This document shows, in pieces, positions 41,731 through 54,800 of a DNA stretch of 64,000 bases. Made by a program: the position numbers and the translations under genes. Each line of letters starts with the position of its first letter. Positions within the stretch are counted from its first letter, which is position 1. The notes under the pieces are model-generated. The model was not told the DNA's origin. It saw only the letters and a program-made list of their open reading frames with translations, and did no database searches. The stretch comes from Octopus vulgaris (lineage: Eukaryota), in contig OX597819.1 of NCBI GenBank assembly GCA_951406725.2, positions 93,186,001 through 93,250,000 of the forward strand. The letters are read 5' to 3'.

Positions 41731-41810
41731 CAAAGGTATGTTTGGTGATGCAAAGAGGAACAATAGAATTCAAAACATGATTCTGTGTGTGTGTATGTGC
41801 ACTACTTAAT

Positions 41811-41945
41811 ATTTAGCAAAATCAATAGAGTGACTCAAGGAATGATAGTTTCATGCATTAGCACTTATCACGCTTATCAAATGATTGATAAGTGCTAACG
41901 CACGAAAATCTCGGACCTTAAGTCATTCTGCTTCTTTTGCTAAAT
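41811..41945. repeat. Foldback with decayed hammerhead-like motif
   Basis: Arms atttagcaaaa...gcacttatca / tgataagtgc...ttttgctaaat. Right arm reads aatga-ttgataa-gtgc(taac)gcac-gaaa...tcatt. Confidence 0.65.
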
Positions 41946-42048
41946 AAAACAGATAGATAGACAGATAGACAGACAGACAGGGAGACAGGTAGACAGATAG
42001 ACAGACAGACAGACAGATTGATAGACAGGCAGGCAGGCAGACAGATAA

Positions 42049-42155
<107 letters not shown>

Positions 42156-43578
42156 TGTTTCGTTATTAGCCACACAGGGCTGCACACAGATGGAACAAAT
42201 TACAAGGTAGAGCTTTTCTTTTGAAGGGTTAAAAAAAAAAAAAAAAAAAGGAAGGGGGAGTTTCGATCAAAAGGGATCGTAAAAGGAGAGAAAGAGGACA
42301 AAAAAGGGGGGTTAAAAAAAGGGGGAGAGGAAAAAAAAAAATTGATCAATAGGGATCGTTATCACAGAAATGTCAATATGAAGTGTAAAGGGGAGGACAG
42401 GTGAGGTTTACCCGTGGAAAGAAAAGCCTACGGAAAAGACCACGGTAACCTCGGTCAATGAAGTCACATTTTATATTTCTTTTTTTTTTTTTTTTTGCAA
42501 ATAAGCAACTCTCTGTTTTCGATTTCTGGGTTCATAGGACTATGCTCAAGGTGGCTTCGTCATTCATACGTGCCATTCTTGCTACATTCACCCATCTTTT
42601 TTTAAAACATTCGCTAGACAAAACTTGCCTCTCTACTCTCACTTTCCTTTTCAAGTGGTACTTGAAGAAGTTGATGAGAGATTGACCAGAGAGGAAAGTG
42701 TTTGTCTCCAATCCTTTCAGACGCGTCCACCAGATACATTCTTTCGCCATAGCCACAAGGATGATGAAAATAGCTCTTCCTTCCCGTTTGAAGGAAGGAG
42801 GCGTGACAATATTGACGATAGACTCAGCTGATAAACCGACTCGTCCCACACGTGACAGCAGTTGTTCGACATAAGCCCACAGGTCGGAAATTGTTGGACA
42901 CTGCACGAGTGCCTGCAGAACGGTTTCGTCGCTCTGACCGCATCTCGGGCAGGTCGGCCCCGTGTTTCTCGAGCCGTGTCTGTAGAGCTTATCCCGAACG
43001 GGTAGCGCTTCTCGGTAGCACTGCCAGGCCAGGGATCTCTGGAAGTTGTCCATGGGCCCTGGCCCGAAAGTCGTCCTGAACAGGCGGGTTAGGTACTCCT
43101 CGTCGACGTCCAGGTTCGCCCCGAGCTCGTCGTCGTACCTCCCCTCCACTAAACCCCTATAGAATGCTTTGGTTGTGTTGAAGTCACTTAAGGTCGACCC
43201 AGGACGGCAGAGTTGCTTGAGAGCAACGCGACACTCGCGGCGCCATTCGCCCTTCCTCGGCCTCTTTTTGATCCACGACTGCAGTTCGGTCATGAAGACG
43301 AGCTGCGGGAAAGCGTGCCTCACAAACGGCGACCACACCTGTTCACCTGTTCGTGGCTAGACACTATGACGGTGACGTCGTCCGCGTATGCAGACACGCT
43401 CGTCCCGCATCCCAGTTCTCGCGGGATGCCTCTCAAAGTTGCCAGCTTCCGCAATAATGGCTCGAGAGTCAATACGTATAAAAGCGACGAGAGGGGTCAT
43501 ACCTGACGGACCGAACGTGCGATGTCGAAGGGTCTCGATAGATGTCCATTCACGCGTATTACCGAACGGATGCCTCTG

Positions 43579-43580
<2 letters not shown>
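42156..43580 (-). mobile_element. 5'-truncated, internally deleted Tx1/L1-clade LINE (RT core plus zf-RVT and 3'UTR)
   Basis: VRQV*PLSSLLYVLTLEPL...SAYADDVTV at 43350-43580 is joined to ORF 42532..43338 with AWQCYREALPVRDKL...CPRCGQSDETVLQALVQC. (GATA)n on both sides. Confidence 0.93.
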
Positions 43581-43652
<72 letters not shown>

Positions 43653-43771
43653 CAGATACAGATACATAGATATTACTTATAGCAATAATTCCAAATGTGC
43701 CCTACAAAAACACTAATTTTCCAATGCTTGTCGATACTAGCAAATTGTTTTATCTTCCTCCCCCCTTTCTC

Positions 43772-43821
<50 letters not shown>

Positions 43822-44528
43822 GCTTTCAGTTCCTTCTCCGTACATTTCTCCGTACTTCTCTTATGCTCACTTTCCACTCAGCTTTTCACTCAAACTCTCT
43901 ATATGATTTTATTCCTTCACTTTTTCTAACCACTTCACTTTCCAATCTCTATCATCCTCAAAATGCTCGCTATTCTTTAACCATATCAGGCTTAATTAAC
44001 AAACACTGTACGGTGTAAAATCCAATATAGTCAGCTATGGACACATTTCAGAAATTCGATGAAATTTAATGCAAACTCTTGATGACAATGTTTCTTCTCC
44101 TTCACTATCATTCTATCTTATTTCTACTCGAAGTACTTTGGTTTGATACATCATCAATTGATGGCAGTAGTATCAACATTTAATTCCGATAGGCACAGTA
44201 ATTATCTACAGCACGTGGTCCATAGCTGATGTTTATAACAAGGCTGTGATTTCCTTAATTATAGTATTTGTAAATTGCACATTTACAGATCTCTCTATAA
44301 ATAATCTTAACTTGTGGAATTATCAACAGACGTCATTCCAAATGGCGAATGTAAAGTGTCTAAGACACCACAGGCGGTTCTCTCGAATTTTCATAGTAAC
44401 TAAATTATTCGCTTAACAGATTTGCAGAAATTCTGGTTCTGTATCCTTCACTTGATAACATAGTGCGCTACACATTGTCATCTTTAAAAATACATATATG
44501 TATGGATATAGGTGTATGTGTATGTATG

Positions 44529-44561
<33 letters not shown>

Positions 44562-44600
44562 ACATATATATGTATTTGTGTATATATATATGTATATGTA

Positions 44601-44658
<58 letters not shown>

Positions 44659-44698
44659 TGTGTATATATGTATATAAATGTGTTTATATATAGAAGTG

Positions 44699-44735
<37 letters not shown>

Positions 44736-44856
44736 AGAGAGAGAGAGAGAGAGAGAGAGTAATAATAAAGGGTGAAATCAATTAATTAAGAAGTAATCAG
44801 TAATTTCACCAAGTTGAATTCGGCATAAAAAGATCAATTCATGGTAAGCTTAAGTA

Positions 44857-45086
44857 ATACTTTATAAATAGGGTTCAGCAACGATTTGCTTCACCACATA
44901 CCGAAGTTTAGAAATAGCAGTCAAAAACTCTTAGCTATTCCTTCTACTTTAAAAGGGGCTCAAGTACTTTGGTTTTTCTGGGAGCCCCTTTTAAAGTAGA
45001 AGGAATAGCTAAGAGTTTTTGACTGCTATTTCTAAACTTCGGTATGTGGTGAAGCAAATCGTTGCTGAAACCTATTTATAAAGTAT
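44857..45086. repeat. Near-perfect foldback (105-bp arms, 20-nt loop), Penelope pLTR-type
   Basis: Arms 44857-44961 / 44982-45086 with one mismatch; related to the arms of 45371-46078. Confidence 0.92.
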
Positions 45087-45218
45087 ATATGTATATATAT
45101 ACGTATATATACGTAAATATATATATATATATGTAGGTCCCGGGTTGAGTCGGGGTTAACCACAGTAAATAAGGTACTCAATACAGAGCAGAGTAAATTT
45201 ATTTATTTTATAGAAGGA

Positions 45219-45267
45219 GCTTCTACAGGACTAGAACTGTTTCATTCAAATGAAATCACCAGGAAGC
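45219..45267 (-). ncRNA. Type I hammerhead ribozyme motif with one core substitution
   Basis: Minus strand GCUUC-CUGGUGA-UUUCA(UU)UGAAU-GAAA-CAG(UUCUAGUC)CUG-UA-GAAGC: all three stems pair; core CUGGUGA instead of CUGAUGA. Confidence 0.7.
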
Positions 45268-45370
45268 TTGCTGGCAAGATAAGTTCTGGCATTTATACAT
45301 TTAGGCAGATTTAATGGGGTGGTGGTGGGGGACAATATATATATATATATATATATAAATATATATAATT

Positions 45371-46078
45371 TTACATTATATAATTAGGGCTTAGTAAAAT
45401 AAATTACTTTACCACATACTGAACTTTCTAGAAATAGCAGCCAAAAAGTTTTTTAGCCATTTCCACTACTTTACGAAAATTTCTCTCAGATAATGTTTAC
45501 TCAAAAATAACTCACGAAGATATGGAGGTAAAAACAGTAAAATATCACAAGTACAAAGATCATTTGAGAACGTCAACGTTTCTAGATTAACCAAATAAAA
45601 CTCAGCATTTCCTTCGTCAGCTCAACATTTCTTAATTTTGGATTTGAAAGCACTAAAAGAATGAACATACCCCTCCGGCAACGTATCACCTCAGACGAAC
45701 ACGCTCAGACTGCCAGTACCAGCAAATTCAAAATGTACAAGCGAAGAATTCATGTTCTCTCCCCTTCCACCCACGTGAGTTATCTAGTAAGCATATATTT
45801 TAACGGTGAGAACCGTAGCAATAGAACAGAGAGAAAGGAATTGCTGAGTTTTATTTGACTAATCTAGAAACGTTGACGTTCTCAAATGATCTTTGTACTT
45901 GTGATATTTTACTGTTTTTACCTCCATATCTTCGTGAGTTATTTTTGAGTAAACATTATCTGAGAGAAATTTTCTTAAAGTAGTGGAAATGGCTAAAAAA
46001 CTTTTTGGCTGCTATTTCTAGAAAGTTCAGTATGTGGCAAAGTAATTTATTTTACTAAGCCCTAATTATATAATGTAA
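45371..46078. repeat. Long foldback (244-bp arms, ~220-bp spacer), Penelope pLTR-type
   Basis: Arms 45371-45614 / 45835-46078 near-identical; lies between (TA)n tracts. Confidence 0.92.
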
Positions 46079-46169
46079 TATTTTGAATTCGCCTTAAATG
46101 GTCCTTTTATATACTGAACACTACTTTGGTGAAATTGATTAATAACTAATTAATTTTACCCTCAATTGT

Positions 46170-46217
<48 letters not shown>

Positions 46218-46219
46218 AT

Positions 46220-46830
46220 ATAGGTAGGGAATTCTTAACATTAGTTTCTAAACGTTTTCAACCTAGCCATAAGCTTTACTGAATATGTAATAGAAAAACG
46301 CTGAAGATTAGCTATTCTTGTTGTAAAACCTTCGCCTCTTTCATTAGCCAACTCAACACTAAAATAATTACAGATAGCTGCAATGCCGATTCAAATCCTA
46401 AGAATCGTTATTTCAAAGATGAGACCTCCTGTCCATGGAAGGAAAATGTCTGGAGAAAGGGATTATGTATAGAGCCAAGGTACAAATAGAAGGCTCACAA
46501 GAATATATAACGTACACCTGGGCTTCAGAAATTTCTTTCAAGATCAGATTATATTCCCACAGAACTTCCTTCCGGTACCCTGAAAATATGACAAAGACTA
46601 GACTGGCAAAATATCTGGGAACTGAAAGAAAATGAAACCCGTCCTTCCAACGTAACATCGAAAAATCTTAGATAAAGCATCAGCTTACGCACACGGAGCA
46701 CATAAAGTCCATGCAATGCAATTTATGCCTTTCGGAAAAATACTTTATTGTATTCCAAGATAATGGTGCTTTGAATCAAAGACGTGATCTCTTAAATTCC
46801 TGCAGGCACGCAACAAAATTTAAAATGTCA
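46220..46830 (+). mobile_element. Penelope-like element 3' fragment (C-terminal GIY-YIG endonuclease)
   Basis: NIGREFLTLVSKRF...NRKTLKISYSC...CPMEGKCLEKGIMYRAKV...YTWASEISFKIRLYSHRTSF...LAKYLWELK...CNLCLSEKYFI...LLNSCRH; begins directly after (TA)n. Confidence 0.88.
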
Positions 46831-47737
46831 ACCGACAAAATGCCATATGGATAATATATGTTGACTTTCAAATTTGTTTCAAATGCCACTTTCGAGTTTG
46901 TATTTGTAATGTATGGTTATTTCGCATTGCAACGTTATCGAACATATATTTCGACGTATTCTTTAAGAAAACCTTCGACTGTTTAACATATTTTCAAGCT
47001 TAAACTTTACCGAGGTTCATCATTATTATTTTTATTATGTTATCATTTTATTTTATTGCATTTGACAAATCTATTTAATTGTTACATTTAATTAATAGAT
47101 AACTCTATATATGGTGCTGCATTTTGTAAATGCCTTTTTTATCAGAATTTTAATATTATATTAACTGAGCAGCTTTTTAAATATTGTTTGTATATGTAAG
47201 TTATGATCTAGATATGTTTGTATGTGTATGTGTGTACTATGGGTATGCATATGTATGTGTATGTGTGCGTCTGTGTATGTGTGTAAGTAAACGTGTATGT
47301 TTATAACTATGTATATACGTACATGGATGTATATGTATACGTGTATACTTAAATTCGCGTGAGCATGTATTAGAATCATATATGTGTATTTGTATGCAAA
47401 CATATTCTTAAGTATATGTATATATATGTAATTTTATTTTATGTGTGAGTTCGTGACACGCATTTCGTAGAACCTTCTTTCTTTTCTTTTCTTACTCGAA
47501 GTATATTTTCTCTTCCTACTCGAATCTCGATAGCGTCCTTACACAGTACACTCATTTTCTCTCTTCTCGCGCTAGCTTTCCTTTTCCTTTTCTTTCTCTC
47601 CTCTCTACGATTAATGTATACTTCCCATTTCTTACGTCTGTAATTGATGACCTGTATGACCAAGTGATTTTGTGCGCACGCATGTGTGCATACATATATG
47701 TACATTGTATTTGTGTATTTTTATCTATATCATACCT

Positions 47738-47771
<34 letters not shown>

Positions 47772-48274
47772 GTATATTACAATGTACATGCATCTGTGTA
47801 TATGTTAGTGTATATATCTGTATTATAGGTGGCTTAGTATGTGTATATGCTGCTGAATAAATATTTATGTTATACAGCGTGACATTTTTTATTTTAATTT
47901 TAATGTATTAATTGATTCCTATTTTGTATATAATAATTTACCAGATGTATTTAGAATCTGCGTTTCGATTTAGGGTTTTCGATTTTACAACAAGAGGAAT
48001 TTATACTGAATTTATTTTTTTCCTTGCATGCTTAAGACCGTTAGTTAAAAGGACCAAAGCCATTTTCAAAGGTGTATCCTTTAAACTAATTTATATTTGA
48101 TTATATCGTCATTTCTGTTCCATTCTAACAAAAGTGTTCTACGAATGGGAACGAGAAAATCTGAGTAGCAGTTTTTGTGATATCTCTGTTGTTTTTGCTG
48201 AAGCATGTTACTCTGCCTCTGGTATTTGAGTACTATTATTTCCACCTTGTTTCACATTTATTTTCTTACTCCGA

Positions 48275-48801
48275 TATATGTATACATATATTTATATATA
48301 TATGTATCTATATATATGCTTTTACATGTATATATATATATATACATGCATATAAATGTATATATATGTACATATGTATATATATATATAAGTGTGTATA
48401 TATATATGTATATGTGTATATATGTATATATGTATGTATATATGTATGTATATGCATATTTATATTTGTATGTATATATATATATTTATATGTGTATATA
48501 GATACATGTATATATGTACATATATACATATATACGTTTATATGTGTATTTATATATATAAGTATATATATTCATATATATATATATATATGTATATCTA
48601 TATATATGTATATATACACGTATATGTATATGTATATATGTATATGCATAACTATATATATGTATATATACATGTATATATATATATGTGTGTGTGTGCA
48701 TATATACAGTACATATAAAAGCATATTTATATATATATAAACTTAGATATGTTTAGACTAAAGATTGGTCCAGGCCATGTATAACTTAATAGCACCACCT
48801 G

Positions 48802-48845
<44 letters not shown>

Positions 48846-49703
48846 GTATATAAATGTACATATATATGTATATGACTATATATGTGTATGTATATGAATA
48901 TATATATATGTATATGGATATATATATATATATATATATGTTTATGCATATGTATTTGCATATATGTTTATGTATATGTTTATTATATATATGTATATAT
49001 ATACATATATATGTATTTATATATATATATATATATACATATATATATACGTATATATATACATATGCATATATGCATATTATATAAGCACATATGTACA
49101 CTTCTTACATCATTCTTACTGCTTTTAAAAACAGGAATAAATAAATACAAAATAAGAAAGTTGAAAATATATACATTTATTTACATAAGCACACATACAC
49201 TTCTTGCTTACATTCTTACTATATTTACTATTTATATTGATATTGATATATACTGAGTTCAATGTTTAACTCTCACACAAGTTATTAAAATCGTTACATA
49301 GATAGATAGGTAGATAGATAGATACATAGATAGATAGATATATACTTATATAGATATATACAGATATATATACATATATATATAGATAGATAGATAAATG
49401 CATATATAGCTAAGGATGTATACGTATATATATATATGTATATGTGTATATATGTATATATATATATATATGTGTGTGTGTGTATATATATGTATATATG
49501 TATATATATGTATGTATAAATGTATATATCTATATGTATACATATCTATATGTATATATACATATACGTATATGTATACATACATATATGCATATGTATA
49601 CATACATATGTATGTATCTATACATATATGTATATATACATATATGAATATGTATATATATATTTATATATGTATATATACATATATGTATATGTACATA
49701 AAC

Positions 49704-49743
<40 letters not shown>

Positions 49744-49850
49744 ATATATGTATATGTATATGTATATATGTATATCTATATATAAACATGTATATATATA
49801 CATGTATACATACATGCATATATATATGTACAAAATATATATTTTTACAA
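48275..49850. repeat. Extended degenerate (TA)/(TATG) low-complexity region
   Basis: Directly visible; source of many spurious YI-rich ORFs. Confidence 0.96.
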
Positions 49851-50127
49851 ACACACATTAAAACAGAAACACATAAAAGCAGCATAAAATAAGCAGATTG
49901 CATCAACAGAGTTTTAGATATTAATTGTTTTTACCAAACTTAATTTCATACTTCATTCTACTTTACTTTTTCTTCCTTATAATCTTACCGCGAAGCTAGT
50001 ATTGTAATTTATAGCTAACTTGACATTTTTTTTTTGTGTTTCTGTTCATTTGCTTTTGTATTTTATATTTTGATTTTACTTGTGTTATTATTAGCTGTAA
50101 ATTTTATCATTTTATTTTATAGACATA

Positions 50128-50146
50128 TCATTATTATTATTATTAT

Positions 50147-50213
<67 letters not shown>

Positions 50214-50224
50214 GGTGGTTGTAG

Positions 50225-50259
<35 letters not shown>

Positions 50260-50320
50260 GCTGCTGCTGTTGTTGCTGCTGTTGTTGCTGCTGTTGTTGC
50301 TGCTGTTGTTGCTGCTATTG
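50128..50320. repeat. Compound (ATT)(AGT)(GGT)(TGT)(TGC) trinucleotide array
   Basis: Directly visible. Confidence 0.96.
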
Positions 50321-50625
50321 ATGTCTTCGTTATTGCCACTTTCTAGTTGTTATAATATTTCTTATTACTCTTATTATCATCATTTTTATCATTATTGCTA
50401 TTATTGTTTATTTTACTATTATCGTTATTTATCAATTTTATTATTACTAATAGTTTACTGTTGCCTTTAATGCTGTCAGAACTCACTTCAATCTTTACGC
50501 GCTACTTCTGCCCACTGATGTCTTCAAATGCATGGTTTTTTTACCCATTCACCCGTTGTTACGCGCCGTAGAACTCCATTGTAACAGGTCACTGAATAGG
50601 CTTAAACAATCAGATCTATAGATAA

Positions 50626-50702
<77 letters not shown>

Positions 50703-50712
50703 CAGATAGACA

Positions 50713-50834
50713 TGGTTGTGTTGAAGTCACTTAAGGTCGACCCAGGACGGCAGAGTTGCTTGAGAGCAACGCGACACTCGCGGTGCCATTCGCCCTTCCT
50801 CGGCCTCTTTTTGATCCACGACTGCAGTTCGGTC

Positions 50835-50835
<1 letters not shown>
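50713..50835 (-). mobile_element. 123-bp internal Tx1 ORF2 fragment embedded in (GATA)n
   Basis: Identical to 43170-43292 except one C>T at a CpG; no 3'UTR. Confidence 0.95.
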
Positions 50836-50897
<62 letters not shown>

Positions 50898-51254
50898 CAG
50901 ATAGACAGATAGATAGATAGACAGACAGACAAGCAGACAGCCATTACATCTGTACACAGACGCATACACACACAGACATACACACACGTACGCAGGCGTG
51001 CGCATATATATATATACATACATATACATATATATATATAAATATATATAAATATATATATGGGAAATAAGCGCCATTTCACAAGAAGGGCACATTAGAT
51101 ATAACAAGAGCAGGTGAAATCTAGTAGATTGCTTATCTCTCGTTAACTTTTTTATTACTCTTTGACTTCGTTTAGTCACAAGTAGCTCTAAATAGGGACA
51201 CAAAACTTATTCATAATATTTTCACAGCCTAGTGGAACTGTGCTTTTACCTATG

Positions 51255-51520
51255 TCTAAATATGTCAATATTCTGCATGGAGCAGGCCGCTGCCAATTCG
51301 GGCATCCGTTCTATAAACCAACTCCTTCGAAACGCATTTGTTGCTAGAGAGACAATTCACTGACGTCCTACAACTGTATGTGGGCAGAGGCTGAGCCGGG
51401 TTATGTCTGTCCCTTGTATTATAGTTTAAGAACTGGCTCCGTCTTTTCCACCCAAGACGAATATATCTAGGACAAAGCGTAAACTCCCCTACCAGTGTAT
51501 CTAGACTTTGCCGTAGAGTA
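51255..51520 (-). mobile_element. Possible decayed RTE-type LINE endonuclease start
   Basis: LATNAFRRSWFIERMPELAAACSMQNIDIFRH loosely resembles the APE N-terminus (T.NVR...LPEL....NIDI..IQEHR). Confidence 0.3.
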
Positions 51521-51614
51521 GTGATATGTTACATGTTCATAAATATACTCTATGAGATGCAGTTTTAGGGAGAATTGCTGGCTCATATATTTTTTATTAA
51601 TATATGTATGTTAT

Positions 51615-51830
51615 AAGGTGGCAAAGCGGCTAGAATCGTTAGTACGCCAGGCAAAATGCTTTGCGACTTTTCGCCTGCCTTTACATTAAGATAAAATTTC
51701 GCTGAGGTCGACTTGCTTTTCATCCATTCGGAGTCGGTAACATTAATACCAGTTGAGCACTGGAATAGGATTAATCAACTGAGTCCTTTCCCCGAAATTG
51801 CTGGCTTTGTGTCAAAATTTAAAATCAGTT
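51615..51830 (+). mobile_element. Family N SINE, older tail
   Basis: gaggtcgacttgcttttcatccattcggagtcggtaa core. Confidence 0.8.
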
Positions 51831-54800
51831 TATGCATGTTACCAAAGACAACACATATTTACAGTTCTATTGAGTAAGCCTATATATGAGATTTGCCATT
51901 TGTTATGTGTAGAATAATATATAGAGCAATGTATAACTTACACATAATGGTTACATTTTCCTTCCTTTATGGTAAGTAAAATAATTTAAAATGTGAATTT
52001 ATCTTTTACTGATCCTAAAAATGCTGTTGGTTAGTTCTAGTAAAAGTCTATCAGATATCATGATGCCATTAAGTTTCACGTAAGAAAATTACTATCGTGT
52101 AAAATTCTTTTGAAGAGTTCTAAGTCTGAAAAATCGTAATCTATCTCGTAGCTGCAAGAAAGTAATGGAGATATAAACGTTAGTTGAAAACTTGCATGTC
52201 GCCTTTTCAATAGACCATGTTAAATTACTTTGTACTCAATATTCAACATACACTATTTGAAGGAAAATCTCAACATTATATAGCGATCTATAACCCACCG
52301 ACATCAACAATGAGATAAGCACGAGTACGTTCATAGAGAGGTAGAATTACCTTCCTCATCACAAGTAAATAATCTGAAGGGAAGTAAATAAAAACTTTGA
52401 TGCGAATAATGATTATTACTCAGCTTGATAGGCGTATTATTCTTTGAGTTAAACGAACAAAATGATGAACGAAGGAAAACACAAAATCAAAGGAGAAAAT
52501 TGCGGGTAAAAAATCATTGTGTGTGTGTGTGTGTGTGCGTGTATTTATGTATGTATATTGCGTATAAGAATAACAAAACAGATGAGAATTTCTTTATGAA
52601 GACATATATTTTCTTTAGTTCATTCTCATTTTCTGTAGCAGCAATTCAGTACATTTTTATGATCAAAGAAAGACGAAACAAATGTCTACATACATAAAAA
52701 CACAATCGCGCGTGCACACGCGCAGGCTCACACAAACACACACCTTCTAACGCATATGTACACCTGAGTGACTGTGTATGTCAAGGTGCATATATATATA
52801 TGCATGCATGTATATCACACACATACATTCACACAAAAATGCGTGCACATGTGCCTATATAGATATGTTATTATGGGTGTGTATGTATGCATCAAAGTAA
52901 TGGCAGTGAAAGTAATCAGTGAGTTGTCGGAAGATGAGAGGAAGAAATATGATGTTACATGATATTACAGGAAGCAGAATTAAGGTTGAAGATTCTGTGA
53001 TCAAAATTTCAATTTTTCACCGTAGCAGCATCCCGGAATTCGTGAGATACTTTTCGTATAAGCACGAGTATGATTATCATGATCGCCAAAATAATAATAT
53101 TTGAGGAAATTGATCGATTACAAGTAGGAATGGTCTAATTGAGGTATCTTGCTGCGGTTTCATGTAATCCTGAAAGGAGGATTGGGAGTTTAGTTGTTAA
53201 GTGCTTGCACATTGAATGCAAAAGATTTCGAGTGATAAACCCATGGGTGGGAAACCGTATGACTGGGAATATCAGATTCAAGTTAACTGCCTTCAAGGAA
53301 GACTGCATTTTAAAAGTGCATACATACACACACCCACATACGAGTATATATATACATGTATACGTGTATGCTTACGCATATATATATATATATAGGTATG
53401 TATATAGGTATGTATGTATCTATTTATGAATATGTGTGTGTGTGATTAATGCTAATATTTTATGAAATATAATTATTCATAAAAACTTTATCAAAAAGCA
53501 ACAAATGTTGGAGTTTCCGAAGGTGAACATCGACTGTAACATATTGTTTTCAAAAATACATGTAGAATCTTACCTTTGCAAATGTTATTTTTTAAATAAG
53601 TAATCACAAGGATATCTAAACAAATATGGCCTAAATTTTTCGAGCTTTTACATCTACGAAATATTAAAGTAAATATTTTATAATTAAAGTAAAAAAATAA
53701 ACCTTAACAAACTCCAAACTAAGTGACTTATTAAGACGACTAAAGGGTATGAGTTGGAAGTCGTATGAATTTGTAGGTATTCTCTTTCGGTAGAGATACA
53801 TTGAACGTATGGCAATTTTTTTTTTTATAACTAACACGATTATCAACAAAAAATCGAAGACATAGAAAATTACGAATATAATTTAATCACGCTTATAAAA
53901 ATGTGATATTTAACAATCTTAACGAAATTTTAAAATGAGCTAATATTTGATATCTGTTGTATGTTCTAGAAATTCATACGTGTATGTAGAACTTAGTATG
54001 AACTAGATAGAAACGCAGAAATATTGAGTTTTGTCAGCCTATATACAATACAAAAAAAAACAGTGAAAGATGTTAATTCGATCTTACATAGAGACCATCT
54101 AATTTAACATCTGTTCAGTATAATCATTTCTGAAAATATATAAGATACTTCCAAATTTTATTAAGTACACACTTTTCTGCCTCTCATATATACGACAAAA
54201 TTTTTAATGGAAATTGGTTTAAAATAAGATATAGTTGTTTAGATAATATAGAGTCACAAAATGTCAGTCTCAATAAAGTATCCAAAAGCACTATGCAGCC
54301 AAAATAGCACTTATGTAACTGTGCAAATATAATTAATTGCCCTCTTAGCAATAAATTCGTCTTGAAGAAACTCGTTTACAGATCTGATACAGAAGCTTCT
54401 AACTGCACGAAATTAAGTCATATATGATGCTAATCGAAAATTCATTCAAGCTCTCGATTCATGTGTTCAGGTACAGGAGTAAACCGTCCCCACTTCATTA
54501 GCAGAGTATTAGTGGCAATTGAAAGACAGAGAAAAAGAGATCGTACCTCGAAGTTAACATAGCCTCAAAGGGAAAAGTATACAATGGGCTTGTGTGTAAT
54601 TTCAGCTTGTGTGATCTCAAAAGCTTGACGCACGGCCCTGCCAAATAACATCGTAAATAAGAAGGGAGAAACGTCCATTCTTTATTTTCATTCGAAAAAA
54701 TACAAGTTTCTAGCGTTAAAATATATTCCTGCTCCGTATGAATTTCAACTGCAAACCAGATAAAGATTATTTTAACACCGGGCCCAAAATTCGTCATGAA

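Noticed and set aside
41850-41908. Pre-miRNA-sized 22-bp hairpin
   Set aside because: It is the centre of a larger 135-bp TE-type foldback with a hammerhead remnant; no miRNA evidence without small-RNA data.
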